Source: Terriglobia bacterium
GTDB lineage: Bacteria; Acidobacteriota; Terriglobia; 20CM-2-55-15
NCBI GenBank assembly: GCA_965198225.1
Contig: CBDAOY010000008.1
Span: 1,165,792 to 1,229,791, forward strand
Reading direction: 5' to 3'
DNA: 64,000 nt
The translations under genes were made by a program, and so were the position numbers. Positions within the stretch are counted from its first letter, which is position 1. Each line of letters begins with the position of its first letter. Positions 19,717-28,411 of the stretch are shown here, one piece after another. The notes beneath the pieces were generated by a model. The model was not told the origin of the DNA, ran no database searches, and saw only the letters and a program-made list of their open reading frames with translations.

Positions 19717-20147
19717 TGGGACACGTCGCCGAATCGCGCCTCCGGGTCCGCTACGCGGAAACCGATCAAATGGGCGTCGTTTACTACTCGAACTACCTGG
19801 TATGGATGGAAATCGGTCGGGGCGACCTCTGCCGGAAGTGCGGCTTCATCTACCGCGATCTCGAGGACGAGGAGGGTGTCTTGATCGCCGTCGCGGATGC
19901 CCGTTGCCGATACCACGCCTCAGCCCGATACGATGACGAGGTCATTGTACGGACGAAACTGGACCGGCTCCGGCGACGGACTATGACGTTCTCCTACGAA
20001 ATAGCGAACGCGTCGACGGGCCGGATGCTCGCAGAAGGCCAGACAACCCACGTCGCGGTCGGCCGGGACGGCAAGCCGAGAACGCTGCCGGGGAGATACG
20101 GGAAGCTGCTGGCCCAGGCGGTGGATGGGGATGGGCGTAGGCCGTAG
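19716..20147 (+). CDS. acyl-CoA thioesterase, 4HBT/YbgC family
   Basis: RVRYAETDQMGVVYYSNYLVWMEIGR hot-dog motif. ATG 19716 overlaps the hmgL TGA. The last codons (GRRP*) are encoded by the GTAGGCC repeat. Confidence 0.8.
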   Translation: MGHVAESRLRVRYAETDQMGVVYYSNYLVWMEIGRGDLCRKCGFIYRDLEDEEGVLIAVADARCRYHASARYDDEVIVRTKLDRLRRRTMTFSYEIANASTGRMLAEGQTTHVAVGRDGKPRTLPGRYGKLLAQAVDGDGRRP

Positions 20148-20234
20148 GCCGTTGTCCGTTGCCGGATTCGGAAACACAATCCCGACCGGTGGAGCGCATG
20201 GCAACTGACGACTGATGACTGACAACTGACAACT
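20136..20234. repeat. heptamer repeat block (GTAGGCC units, then ACTGAC[A/G] units)
   Basis: CGTAGGCCGTAGGCCGTTGTCCGTTGCC at 20136..20163 and CAACTGACGACTGATGACTGACAACTGACAACT at 20202..20234. Confidence 0.75.
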
Positions 20235-20280
20235 TCCGCAATCAATCGGATAACATAGGCACCGCCAACCGGCATCAGGA

Positions 20281-21459
20281 GTGTCTCCACTACCCATGTA
20301 TCTATCGAAACAAGCTCTCGGAGCCAAAGACTCCCTGATTCGCGAGATGTCGATCATCGCCCAGCAGGTCGAGAATCCCTACAAGCTGTACTGGGGCGAA
20401 TCCGACATGGCCACACCCGAGTTCATCTGCCGTGCGGCGTACGAGGCCTTGCGGGACGGTCACACCTTCTACACACCGACTCCCGGCTACGACGATCTGA
20501 GGGAGGCGATCGCGGCCAAGTTCCTGGAGGTCCACGGCGTCGAATACAAGCCGAGCGAGGTCGTCTGTACCGGCGGCGCCGTGATGGCGATATTCCTGAC
20601 GATCCGATCGCTAGTCGATCCCGGCGACAACGTCGTCATCGTCGAGCCCACCTGGCCGGTCTTTGCGTCGAGCGTGACGCTGATGGGAGCAGAAGCGCGT
20701 GCCGTGCCGCTGGCGGAAGGCAAAGACGGCTTTGTCCTCGACCAGGACCGCGTCCGCGGCGCCGTCGATGAACGAACTCGGATGTTGATCATCAACAGCC
20801 CCGGAAACCCGACGGGCTGGGTAATCGACCGCGAAGAGCAGGAAGCCCTCTGGAACATGGCGGTGGAACACAACTTCGTGATCCTGGCCGACGAGGTGTA
20901 CGACCGCATCATCTTCGATCGACCTGCCGCTCCGACATTCGCGGCCGTCGCGACCGACCACGATCATGTCGTGGTCATCAACAGCTTCTCGAAGACCTAT
21001 AACATGACTGGCTGGCGCCTCGGCTACGCGCTCGCGAACGAGCGACTCGTCGAGTTGATGGCCAAGCTCGAGGAGTTCGTCGTATCCAACCCTCCCGCCA
21101 TGGCTCAACGCGCGGCCATCGTCGCGCTCCGGGACGGAGAGCCCTACGTCCAGGAAATTCGGGACAAGTATAGCCGGCGGCGGCAGATCACCGTCGACAA
21201 GCTGAAGGCCATACCCCAGGTGACGCTTCCCGATCCCGTCGGGGCTTTCTATGCGTTCCCGAAACTCGAAGGGCTACACGACTCGCTTTCGTTCGCGAAG
21301 AAGCTGCTACTCGAAGCGCGCGTCGGCATGGTACCCGGCATCGCGTTTGGCCAGAGCGGCGAAGGCCACATGCGCATGTGCTTCGCCGCCTCGGAGGAAA
21401 TACTCGTTCCCGCACTGGACAACTTCAAGACGTTCATCGAACAGAATCTATGCGACTGA
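20281..21459 (+). CDS. pyridoxal-phosphate-dependent aminotransferase, class I/II (aspartate aminotransferase-like)
   Basis: NSFSKTYNMTGWRLGYA (PLP lysine motif), 392 aa. GTG 20281 or ATG 20296. Confidence 0.85.
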   Translation: MSPLPMYLSKQALGAKDSLIREMSIIAQQVENPYKLYWGESDMATPEFICRAAYEALRDGHTFYTPTPGYDDLREAIAAKFLEVHGVEYKPSEVVCTGGAVMAIFLTIRSLVDPGDNVVIVEPTWPVFASSVTLMGAEARAVPLAEGKDGFVLDQDRVRGAVDERTRMLIINSPGNPTGWVIDREEQEALWNMAVEHNFVILADEVYDRIIFDRPAAPTFAAVATDHDHVVVINSFSKTYNMTGWRLGYALANERLVELMAKLEEFVVSNPPAMAQRAAIVALRDGEPYVQEIRDKYSRRRQITVDKLKAIPQVTLPDPVGAFYAFPKLEGLHDSLSFAKKLLLEARVGMVPGIAFGQSGEGHMRMCFAASEEILVPALDNFKTFIEQNLCD

Positions 21460-22475
21460 CAGTCCTCGACCTGACTCGTCTCCTTCCCGGCGGGTATGCG
21501 ACTCACCTGCTGCGCGAGATGGGAGCCAGGGTCATCAAGGTCGAGGATCCCGGGGCCGGCGACTACCTCCGTGGGTTTCCCTTCCCTCTCGAAGACGGCA
21601 TGAGTGTCTACTTTCACGCTATCAACCGCGGGAAAGAGAGCATCGTGGTCGACCTGAAGAAATCCCTCGATGTGCTCCTCGGACTCGCCCGGCATGCGGA
21701 CGTGATCATCGAGGGGTTCCGCCCAGGTGTCATGGAACGGCTGGGCGCCGGATATGAAGAAGTCGCGAAAAAAAACGAGGGGATTGTCTACTGCTCGCTC
21801 AGTGGCTACGGCTCGGAAGGAGACTACCGCGACAGACCCGGCCACGACGTAAACTACCTGAGTCTCGCAGGACTGATCGACCTTCAGCGCGGTCAGGACA
21901 GTCGTCCTGCAATGCCCGCTCTACAGATCGCAGACGTCGCTTCAGGATCGTTGTTCGTCGTCGCGCGCATCCTGCAGGCGATCGTCGAGCGCTCGGAGAG
22001 CGGCGCGGGTTGCCGTCTGGACCTGTCCATGCTCGAGGGCACTGCTTCTCTGATGTCCTTCACGGCATCGCCGGCCGCGATCACCGGCCGGAAGATCGGC
22101 TGGGAAGACCTGCTCTTGAACGGCCAGGTGGCCTGCTACAACCTCTACCCCACGGCAGACGATCGGTGGATTTCCCTCGGCAACCTGGAAGAAAAGTTCT
22201 GGATCACTTTCTGCGAAGTCGTGGAAAGGCCCGGCTGGGTCGACCGACAGTTCGATCGGTCCGAGGAATTCCGGGCCGAGGTCTCTGTTCTCTTTCGATC
22301 CCGGAGGCTTGACGAGTGGGTTCGCACGTTCGAGGGACACGACACGTGCGTCGAACCGGTGCTCACGCTCGGCGAGGCGGCCCAGCGCGGCATCTTCAAG
22401 TATCCGGACCTGCCCGCACCGAAACACGGCGAGCACACCGAACAGGTGCTCCGCGAGTTTCTGGGACCAGGCTGA
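21450..22475 (+). CDS. family III CoA-transferase (CaiB/BaiF)
   Basis: MRLTVLDLTRLLPGGYATHLLREMGARVIKVEDP. ATG 21450 overlaps the end of the aminotransferase gene. Confidence 0.85.
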   Translation: MRLTVLDLTRLLPGGYATHLLREMGARVIKVEDPGAGDYLRGFPFPLEDGMSVYFHAINRGKESIVVDLKKSLDVLLGLARHADVIIEGFRPGVMERLGAGYEEVAKKNEGIVYCSLSGYGSEGDYRDRPGHDVNYLSLAGLIDLQRGQDSRPAMPALQIADVASGSLFVVARILQAIVERSESGAGCRLDLSMLEGTASLMSFTASPAAITGRKIGWEDLLLNGQVACYNLYPTADDRWISLGNLEEKFWITFCEVVERPGWVDRQFDRSEEFRAEVSVLFRSRRLDEWVRTFEGHDTCVEPVLTLGEAAQRGIFKYPDLPAPKHGEHTEQVLREFLGPG

Positions 22476-22585
22476 GCTATCAGCGTACTCGTCGTAAGTT
22501 GTGGAGTGTCTGACAGGCGCGGCCCGGCGTAGTTACTGGTGCTGCTGACAGTAGTGCCGGCGCCCTCCGGTGCTGAAAGCTGAAT

Positions 22586-22655
22586 GCTGATAGCACGCTT
22601 GATCCGGAAACATCTGAGAGCAGAATTCTCAAACCCAAGGATCAAGGGTCTAGGG
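22586..22655. repeat. about 70-bp gene-3'-end element, copy 2
   Basis: GCTGATAGCACGCTTGATCCGGAAACATCTGAGAGCAGAATTCTCAAACCCAAGGATCAAGGGTCTAGGG. Same orientation relative to a minus-strand gene stop as copy 1. Confidence 0.75.
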
Positions 22656-24224
22656 TTCGGGGTTGGACTGCGACTGCGCGGCCCACGCTGCAGGGTGGCC
22701 GCCGGCGAGTTGGTCGAGTTCGAACGCCACCTCAGGAGTGCGTTCCCGCCCCTTCCGGTCCGCCAGGCTTACGACTATTCCCGCAAGACCACCCAGGAAG
22801 AACGCAGGAGTCATTTCCTCGAGAGTGCCGAAGGCGGCTCCAACACCCGGCAGCAGCGGTGCCCCGAACTTGAACAACGGCACCGCAACAAACCCCGTGA
22901 TCATCGCCGCCAGCGCGCCCCTGGCCGTCATTCCCTTCCAGAACAGCGAAAGGATCATCGTAGGACAGAAGGTCGCCGCGATCCCCGACCATCCGAAAAT
23001 AACGAACCAGAACACCGTCCGATCCGGACTGAGAACGGACACCGCCAGCGCCAGCCCGAGCGCCACGACGGCCAGCACGGCCGTCGTGCGTCGACTCATC
23101 GATACCAGCGTCGAGTCGGGCAGCTCCGGGTGGCGAGTCTTCTGGTAGTAATCCCGCACGAACGCACTGGACGCCACTACGAGCAGGGAGTCGACCGTCG
23201 ACATGATCGCCGACAACACGACTGCAATCATCACACCGACCAACAAGGCGGGGAGCATGGCATCGACCAGAGCCGGCAGAACGCCCTCACCGCCGGGTCC
23301 CAGAACTTGCTCGAGTCCCTGACCGGGCCTCACGAAGAGATGTCGTCCAACCATACCGGTCATCACCGCACCCGAATCGGCCAGAACGGTCCACGCGATG
23401 GCGACCCCGGCGCCGCGCGAGATCTCGTTTTCGGAACGCAATGCCAGAAACCGGACGAAAATCTGCGGCGAACCCAGAAAGCCCAGCCCGATCGAAGCCA
23501 GCGCCAGTACCGAGAAAATCGTCAGCGGGCCCCAACCACCCGGCCCCCACAGGCTCAGGAGTCCTGGATCCTGAGCATGCAGACCTGCAAGCACCGGACC
23601 GAGACCGCCGGACGCAGCGATCCCGATGACGGGCAGGCCGACCAGGCCCAGGAACATCAGGCTGCCTTGAAAGACGTCGGACCAGACGACCGCGACAAAG
23701 CCCCCGCTGATGATGTAGGCCAGAACGACGACAAAACCGAAGATGGCTCCGGCGTAGTAGTTCCAGCCCAGGAAACTGTTGAAGGCCGTTCCCGTCGCGT
23801 CGATCTGCGCACTCACGTAAATCGTCACGAAAATGACGAGAGCACCGGCTGAGACCAGGCGAAGCAGATGGCGGTTGTCCCGAAACCGAGACTCCAGATA
23901 GTCGGGCACCGTGATCGCGTCGTAGCGATCGGTCAGGCGCTTGAAACGCCGGCTCATCAATAGCCAAGCGCCGGCCACGCCGAGGACTTCTCCCACGACA
24001 ACCCAGAAGGCTTTGACTCCTACGGCCGCACCCATACCAGTCAGGCCGAGCAGAAGCCACGCCGATTCGCCGGTGGCGCGGGCGGAAAACGCCACCGCCA
24101 GAAAGCCGAGACGCTTACCCCCGGCGAAGTAGTCCTTGAGGTCGGTCATGCGCCGCGAGGCCAGGGCGCCAATGACGACGAGCGTCGTCATGTACGCGAG
24201 GAGCGCAATCAGCTTGAACGCCAT
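22650..24224 (-). CDS. sodium:solute symporter family transporter (PutP-like)
   Basis: 524 aa, polytopic. N-terminus MAFKLIALLAYMTTLVVIGALASRRMTDLKDYFAGGKRLG is typical of the SSS family. Confidence 0.85.
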   Translation of the reverse strand: MAFKLIALLAYMTTLVVIGALASRRMTDLKDYFAGGKRLGFLAVAFSARATGESAWLLLGLTGMGAAVGVKAFWVVVGEVLGVAGAWLLMSRRFKRLTDRYDAITVPDYLESRFRDNRHLLRLVSAGALVIFVTIYVSAQIDATGTAFNSFLGWNYYAGAIFGFVVVLAYIISGGFVAVVWSDVFQGSLMFLGLVGLPVIGIAASGGLGPVLAGLHAQDPGLLSLWGPGGWGPLTIFSVLALASIGLGFLGSPQIFVRFLALRSENEISRGAGVAIAWTVLADSGAVMTGMVGRHLFVRPGQGLEQVLGPGGEGVLPALVDAMLPALLVGVMIAVVLSAIMSTVDSLLVVASSAFVRDYYQKTRHPELPDSTLVSMSRRTTAVLAVVALGLALAVSVLSPDRTVFWFVIFGWSGIAATFCPTMILSLFWKGMTARGALAAMITGFVAVPLFKFGAPLLPGVGAAFGTLEEMTPAFFLGGLAGIVVSLADRKGRERTPEVAFELDQLAGGHPAAWAAQSQSNPEP

Positions 24225-24295
24225 TGTTGATGGGTATACCCGCCGGGTGGGGAACTTCGCAAGGGGTTTCTAGTGAGTGCGGTCTATGATCGCAG

Positions 24296-24610
24296 GTCGT
24301 TTTGAGAAGTTGCAGTTGCTGGAAAAACTTTCGGCACTCGTACCCGCTCAACGAACCCACCTAGTTCGATACAGCGGAATCCTGGCGCCAGCGGCCAAAT
24401 GGAGACCCTACCTGGGCGGAATTGATGAAACGCATTTGGGCCTTCGATGTCCTGGAATGTCCCAGCTGCCTCGGCCGCATGAGAATCCTCACCGCAATTC
24501 ATCCTCCCGAGGCGACACAGAAAATCCTGGACTGCCTCGGTCTACCCTCGTGTGCACCACCGGTTGACCCGGCCGCCTCTATGCATTCCACTCCACCGGA
24601 CTGGTTCTGA
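24296..24610 (+). pseudogene. IS91-family (Y2) transposase C-terminal remnant
   Basis: Two frames: LLEKLSALVPAQRTHLVRYSGILAPAAKWRP, then RIWAFDVLECPSCLGRMRILTAIHPPEATQKILDCLGLPSCAPP. Only the last ~100 codons remain, and they are frame-broken. Confidence 0.7.
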
Positions 24611-24952
24611 ACACGGCTCGAAAGCCGACCGAGATTCGTGCGCTTCGGCCCGTGCGATTCTGCGTGTCGGGCGCGATTCTTCGGCGTTTCTGCCTCCTGC
24701 AACTCCAAAATGACACCCCAACGGCGACAGTTCCGCCGTGCGTCCCGCCCCCTGCCCTGCGAACCCCTCTTGTTTTACTTATCGCCATGATAGGCTTTGG
24801 GTCCCGATGGATGGGTGTGTTCATTCCAGGACAGGCTGCCGGCAATATAGGTGTGTGTTATGTCCTTGAACGCAGCCCCTCGCTTCCCCCGGCTGGCGCC
24901 TGTTGCCCTGCCGCCAAAGTGAGCGAGCTGACCCGGCGATAGGAGGTCGTGG

Positions 24953-26473
24953 GTGTCCTTGTCCAACCGAGTGGGCGGAGCAGTCGTCAGAACGCTCCTT
25001 CTCACAGATCTGGTTGACAGCACTCGGCTGATCGAGCGAATCGGCGATGTGCGTGCTTCGGAAGTTCTGGCCGACTCGGACCGGATCGCGCGCGATCTGC
25101 TCGTCCGGTTCAACGGAACGGAGATCGACAAGACCGACGGGTTTCTGTTCCTGTTCGAACGTCCCATCGACGCCGTTCGCTATGCCCTGGCCTATCACAC
25201 GGCTCTTGGGGAGTTGGAAAGCAGGATTGGCGCATCGATCTCGTCCAGGGCCGGAATCCACCTGGGCGAGGTCGTCCTCCGCCGGAACGCGCCTCAGGAT
25301 GTCGAACTGGGCGCCAAGCCGGTGGAGGTCGACGGATTGGCCAAGCACACGGCCGCACGCGTGATGTCGCTTGCCGGCGCGAAGCAAACTCTCCTGACAC
25401 GCGGCGCATTCGATCTGTCCCGCCGTGCCACCGTCGGTGAGCCGGCCCTCGACGAGGAGATACAGTGGTTGGCCCACGGCCAGTATCGCTTTAAAGGGGT
25501 CAGCGAACCGATGGAGATATTCGAGGTCGGGAGGGCCGGATTTGCCCCGCTCGCTGCGCCGCCTGATTCGGAAAAGGCCGGTCGCGCCTTGACGGCGGCC
25601 GACGCGTTGCTGCTCGGATGGCGACCCGCCGCCGGACTCGAGGTACCGCATCGCTCCAATTGGGTGCTTCGGGACAAGCTCGGTGAAGGCGGCTTCGGGG
25701 AAACCTGGCTCGCGGCCAATGGCAAGACCGGTGAGCAGCGAACGTTCAAGTTCTGTCTGGATGCCGAGCGATTGAGGGCCCTGCGACGAGAAGTGTCCGT
25801 CTTCCGGCTGATGAGAGAGCTTCTGGGGAATCGCGATGACATCGGGCGGATCCTCGATTGGCAGTTCGACGAGGCGCCCTACTTCCTCGAGTCCGAGTGG
25901 AGCGAGGACGGGAATTTCATCGAGTGGGCCGAACGGCAGGGCGGCCTGGATCAGGTCCCTCTCTCTATCCGGTTGGAACTGATCGCCCGGCTGGCCGATG
26001 CGCTGGCGGCCGCACATTCGGTTGGCGTCCTGCACAAGGATCTCAAGCCGGCCAGCATCCTGATTGCGACAGACCGCAACGGCGTCCCAAAGGTTCGGCT
26101 CATGGACTTTGGCCTTGGCGCGATCCAGGACACACAGATCTTTCAGGACAAGGGCATAACGTTCTACAGCATGACCGACATGTTCTTACCCAAGAGCGAT
26201 TCGACGACCGGGAACGCACATCTCTATATGGCGCCCGAGCTGATCGAGGGCAACGAGGCGACCGTTCAGACCGATATCTTTGCGCTCGGAGTGATGCTCT
26301 ACCAGGTCGTTGTCGGCGACTTCGGCCGCGCGCTGGCGTCGGGGTGGGAACGGAACATCAGCGACGAGTTGCTCCGCGAGGAAATCAGCTCGTTAGTCGA
26401 CGGATCGTCGAATCGTCGCAAGGACAACGCGCTTGAAGTTGCGGATCATCTGCGCCGCCTGCCTGAGCGTAGC
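24953..26473 (+). CDS. class III nucleotidyl cyclase domain fused to Ser/Thr protein kinase, 3' end cut by an IS
   Basis: LLLTDLVDSTRL...GIHLGEVVLR (cyclase homology domain), then LGEGGFGETW...HKDLKPASIL...DFGLG...YMAPE (kinase). AGGAGG precedes GTG 24953. Beyond ~26473 the ORF only reads antisense through the IS. Confidence 0.8.
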
Positions 26474-27572
26474 GTTGTTGCATGGATCGGGGCGGAGATG
26501 GAATTCGCCCTTTCCAAAGCGGTAGCGTCAGGCGATACGTTCGAACACAGGCCGTCCGAGTGCGGTCATTGTGTTCAGGACTTTCTGGCCGACCTGGATC
26601 TCCGTGATTTGCCTGGAGAAGCTGCGAGATTTGAGCTTGGGGCCGATGACGCTCTTCCACCGGCCGATCTGCGTTTCTATCCGGCTGCGCTGGTTGTACC
26701 CTGTGGCCACTTGCCAGGCCATGCGGCCGTTGCTGCGGATCTGGGCAATATGGCGATCCCGAACGGTTGGATCCCGCGCCGATTGCGGTCGGATCACTGC
26801 GTTCTTTGGCGGCGGTATAACCACATCCAGGGTCTCCCCATACCGTTCCCTCAGCAGATCCCGTGTGGACGCTCCATCATAGGCGCCGTCCGCCAGAAAG
26901 CCCGTGACAGGGGCATCGAGTTGATCCAGGAGCCCGGGCAAGGCGGTGCTGTCTCCAACGTCATCGTGAGTCAGATTGGCGCAAACAATCGCACCGCTAT
27001 GGAGGTCCAGTCCGAGGTGGAGTTTGCGCCAGCGGCGGCGTATTCCCCTGGTTTTATGTTTCTGCGCGAGCCATTCCCCTTCGCCGAAGATCTTGAGGCC
27101 GGTACTGTCCACCACCAGATGGACAGCCACAGACCCGGCTTGCCTCATCACCTGCGCGATGCTCAAGCCGTTTGCGCGACGCGACAGTGTGGAGAAGTCC
27201 GGCACCCGTATATCCAGCCCCATGAGCGTGCCGATGGAACCCATCAGCCCCTGCGTTTGTCGCAACCCAAGCCGATACGCCGTGCGCAGCGTCAGGCATG
27301 TCTCGATAGCCAGATCCGAGTATCTCCGCTGGCCACCCCGTGACGTGCGGCGCGGCGCGCGCCACACACTTTGAGCCTCATCACTGACCCAAATCGTCAG
27401 ATCACCCCGCTGGCGCAGGCTCTCGTTATATTCCGCCCAGTTGATCACCCGGTACTGCGCCTTATCAAACTTGTGCCGTCGGGCTGCGTTGAACTTATGT
27501 GGCATCTAAGTTATCCCCGGTGTTGAAAAACACAATGATAAGACATCCTTCGGGATGATCCATGCAACAAGG
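26472..27572 (-). mobile_element. IS5-family (IS903-like) insertion sequence
   Basis: 14-bp inverted repeats TTGTTGCATGGATC at 26474..26487 and 27557..27570, resembling the IS903 IR core TTGTTGAATAAATC. They enclose one transposase gene. No target-site duplication seen. Confidence 0.8.
26528..27505 (-). CDS. IS5-family DDE transposase
   Basis: YRVINWAEYNESLRQRGDLTIW..., VVDSTGLKIFGEGEW, ADGAYD, RSRIETQIGRWK. Confidence 0.9.
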   Translation of the reverse strand: MPHKFNAARRHKFDKAQYRVINWAEYNESLRQRGDLTIWVSDEAQSVWRAPRRTSRGGQRRYSDLAIETCLTLRTAYRLGLRQTQGLMGSIGTLMGLDIRVPDFSTLSRRANGLSIAQVMRQAGSVAVHLVVDSTGLKIFGEGEWLAQKHKTRGIRRRWRKLHLGLDLHSGAIVCANLTHDDVGDSTALPGLLDQLDAPVTGFLADGAYDGASTRDLLRERYGETLDVVIPPPKNAVIRPQSARDPTVRDRHIAQIRSNGRMAWQVATGYNQRSRIETQIGRWKSVIGPKLKSRSFSRQITEIQVGQKVLNTMTALGRPVFERIA

Positions 27573-27640
27573 TCCTCGAGAACCAGGGCGTTCCGAGAGA
27601 ACGCATCCCGGAAGAACTGTTTCGTGTTTACGACGGGGAG

Positions 27641-28411
27641 TTGCGATTGAGACAGCCGATCTCGGGCCCTTACACGGGGCGCGGCGACCACACCCTCAAC
27701 GGTCCTATTTACGTCGATGGCGCCGAACCGGGCGACATGCTGGAAGTCCGGATCCTTTCGGTCGACCTCTGGCTACCCGTAGCGGGGCAGAGCGTAAGGG
27801 CAAACCTCTATCCCGATGGGTTCGCGACGATTCGCCAGTTTGTGCACTGGATCGACCTGGAAAGCCGGACGGTTGAATACGCGCCTGGTGTCGTGGTTCC
27901 GCTCAAGCCCTTCTGGGGCGTCATCGGAGTGGCCCCGCCACCCGCGATGGGCCGGATCGGTAGCGGTCCCCCGAATGTCTTCGGGGGCAACATGGACAAC
28001 CGGGACCTGGGAGCAGGCAGCACGCTGTACCTGCCCGTGTTCAACGAGGGCGCTCTGCTCTCGATCGGAGACGGTCACGGCGCGCAGGGATACGGCGAGG
28101 TGTCGGGTTCCGCGGTGGAGACATCGCTCAAGGGCGAAATCCAGGTCATCCTACACAAGAATCAGCGCCTGCGGCTTCCGCGGGCCGAAACCCCGACGCA
28201 CTACATGACGATGGGGCTCGACCGCGACCTGGATCAGGCCGCGTTGATCGCAACGACGGAGATGATCGATTTCCTCGTCGCAACAAAGGGCCTGGATCGC
28301 GAAACGGCCATCGCCCTGTCGAGTGTCGCGATGGATCTCGTCGTGACCCAGATCGTGGATGGAACCAAGGGCATCCACGCGATGATCCCGAAATCGATTT
28401 TCGAACCCTGA
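27641..28411 (+). CDS. acetamidase/formamidase family protein, apparently 5'-truncated
   Basis: NGPIYVDGAEPGDMLEVRI, GGNMDNRDLGAGSTLYLPV, GDGHGAQGYGEVSG. The frame is open back to the IS end (27575) with no ATG or GTG start, only TTG 27641. Confidence 0.7.
   Translation: MRLRQPISGPYTGRGDHTLNGPIYVDGAEPGDMLEVRILSVDLWLPVAGQSVRANLYPDGFATIRQFVHWIDLESRTVEYAPGVVVPLKPFWGVIGVAPPPAMGRIGSGPPNVFGGNMDNRDLGAGSTLYLPVFNEGALLSIGDGHGAQGYGEVSGSAVETSLKGEIQVILHKNQRLRLPRAETPTHYMTMGLDRDLDQAALIATTEMIDFLVATKGLDRETAIALSSVAMDLVVTQIVDGTKGIHAMIPKSIFEP

Noticed and set aside
26474-27343. Continuation of the cyclase-kinase ORF to 27343 (796 aa in the ORF track)
   Set aside because: Beyond the IS5 left inverted repeat, the frame merely reads the antisense strand of the transposase gene. 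There is no domain homology, so the real gene is treated as truncated at about 26473.
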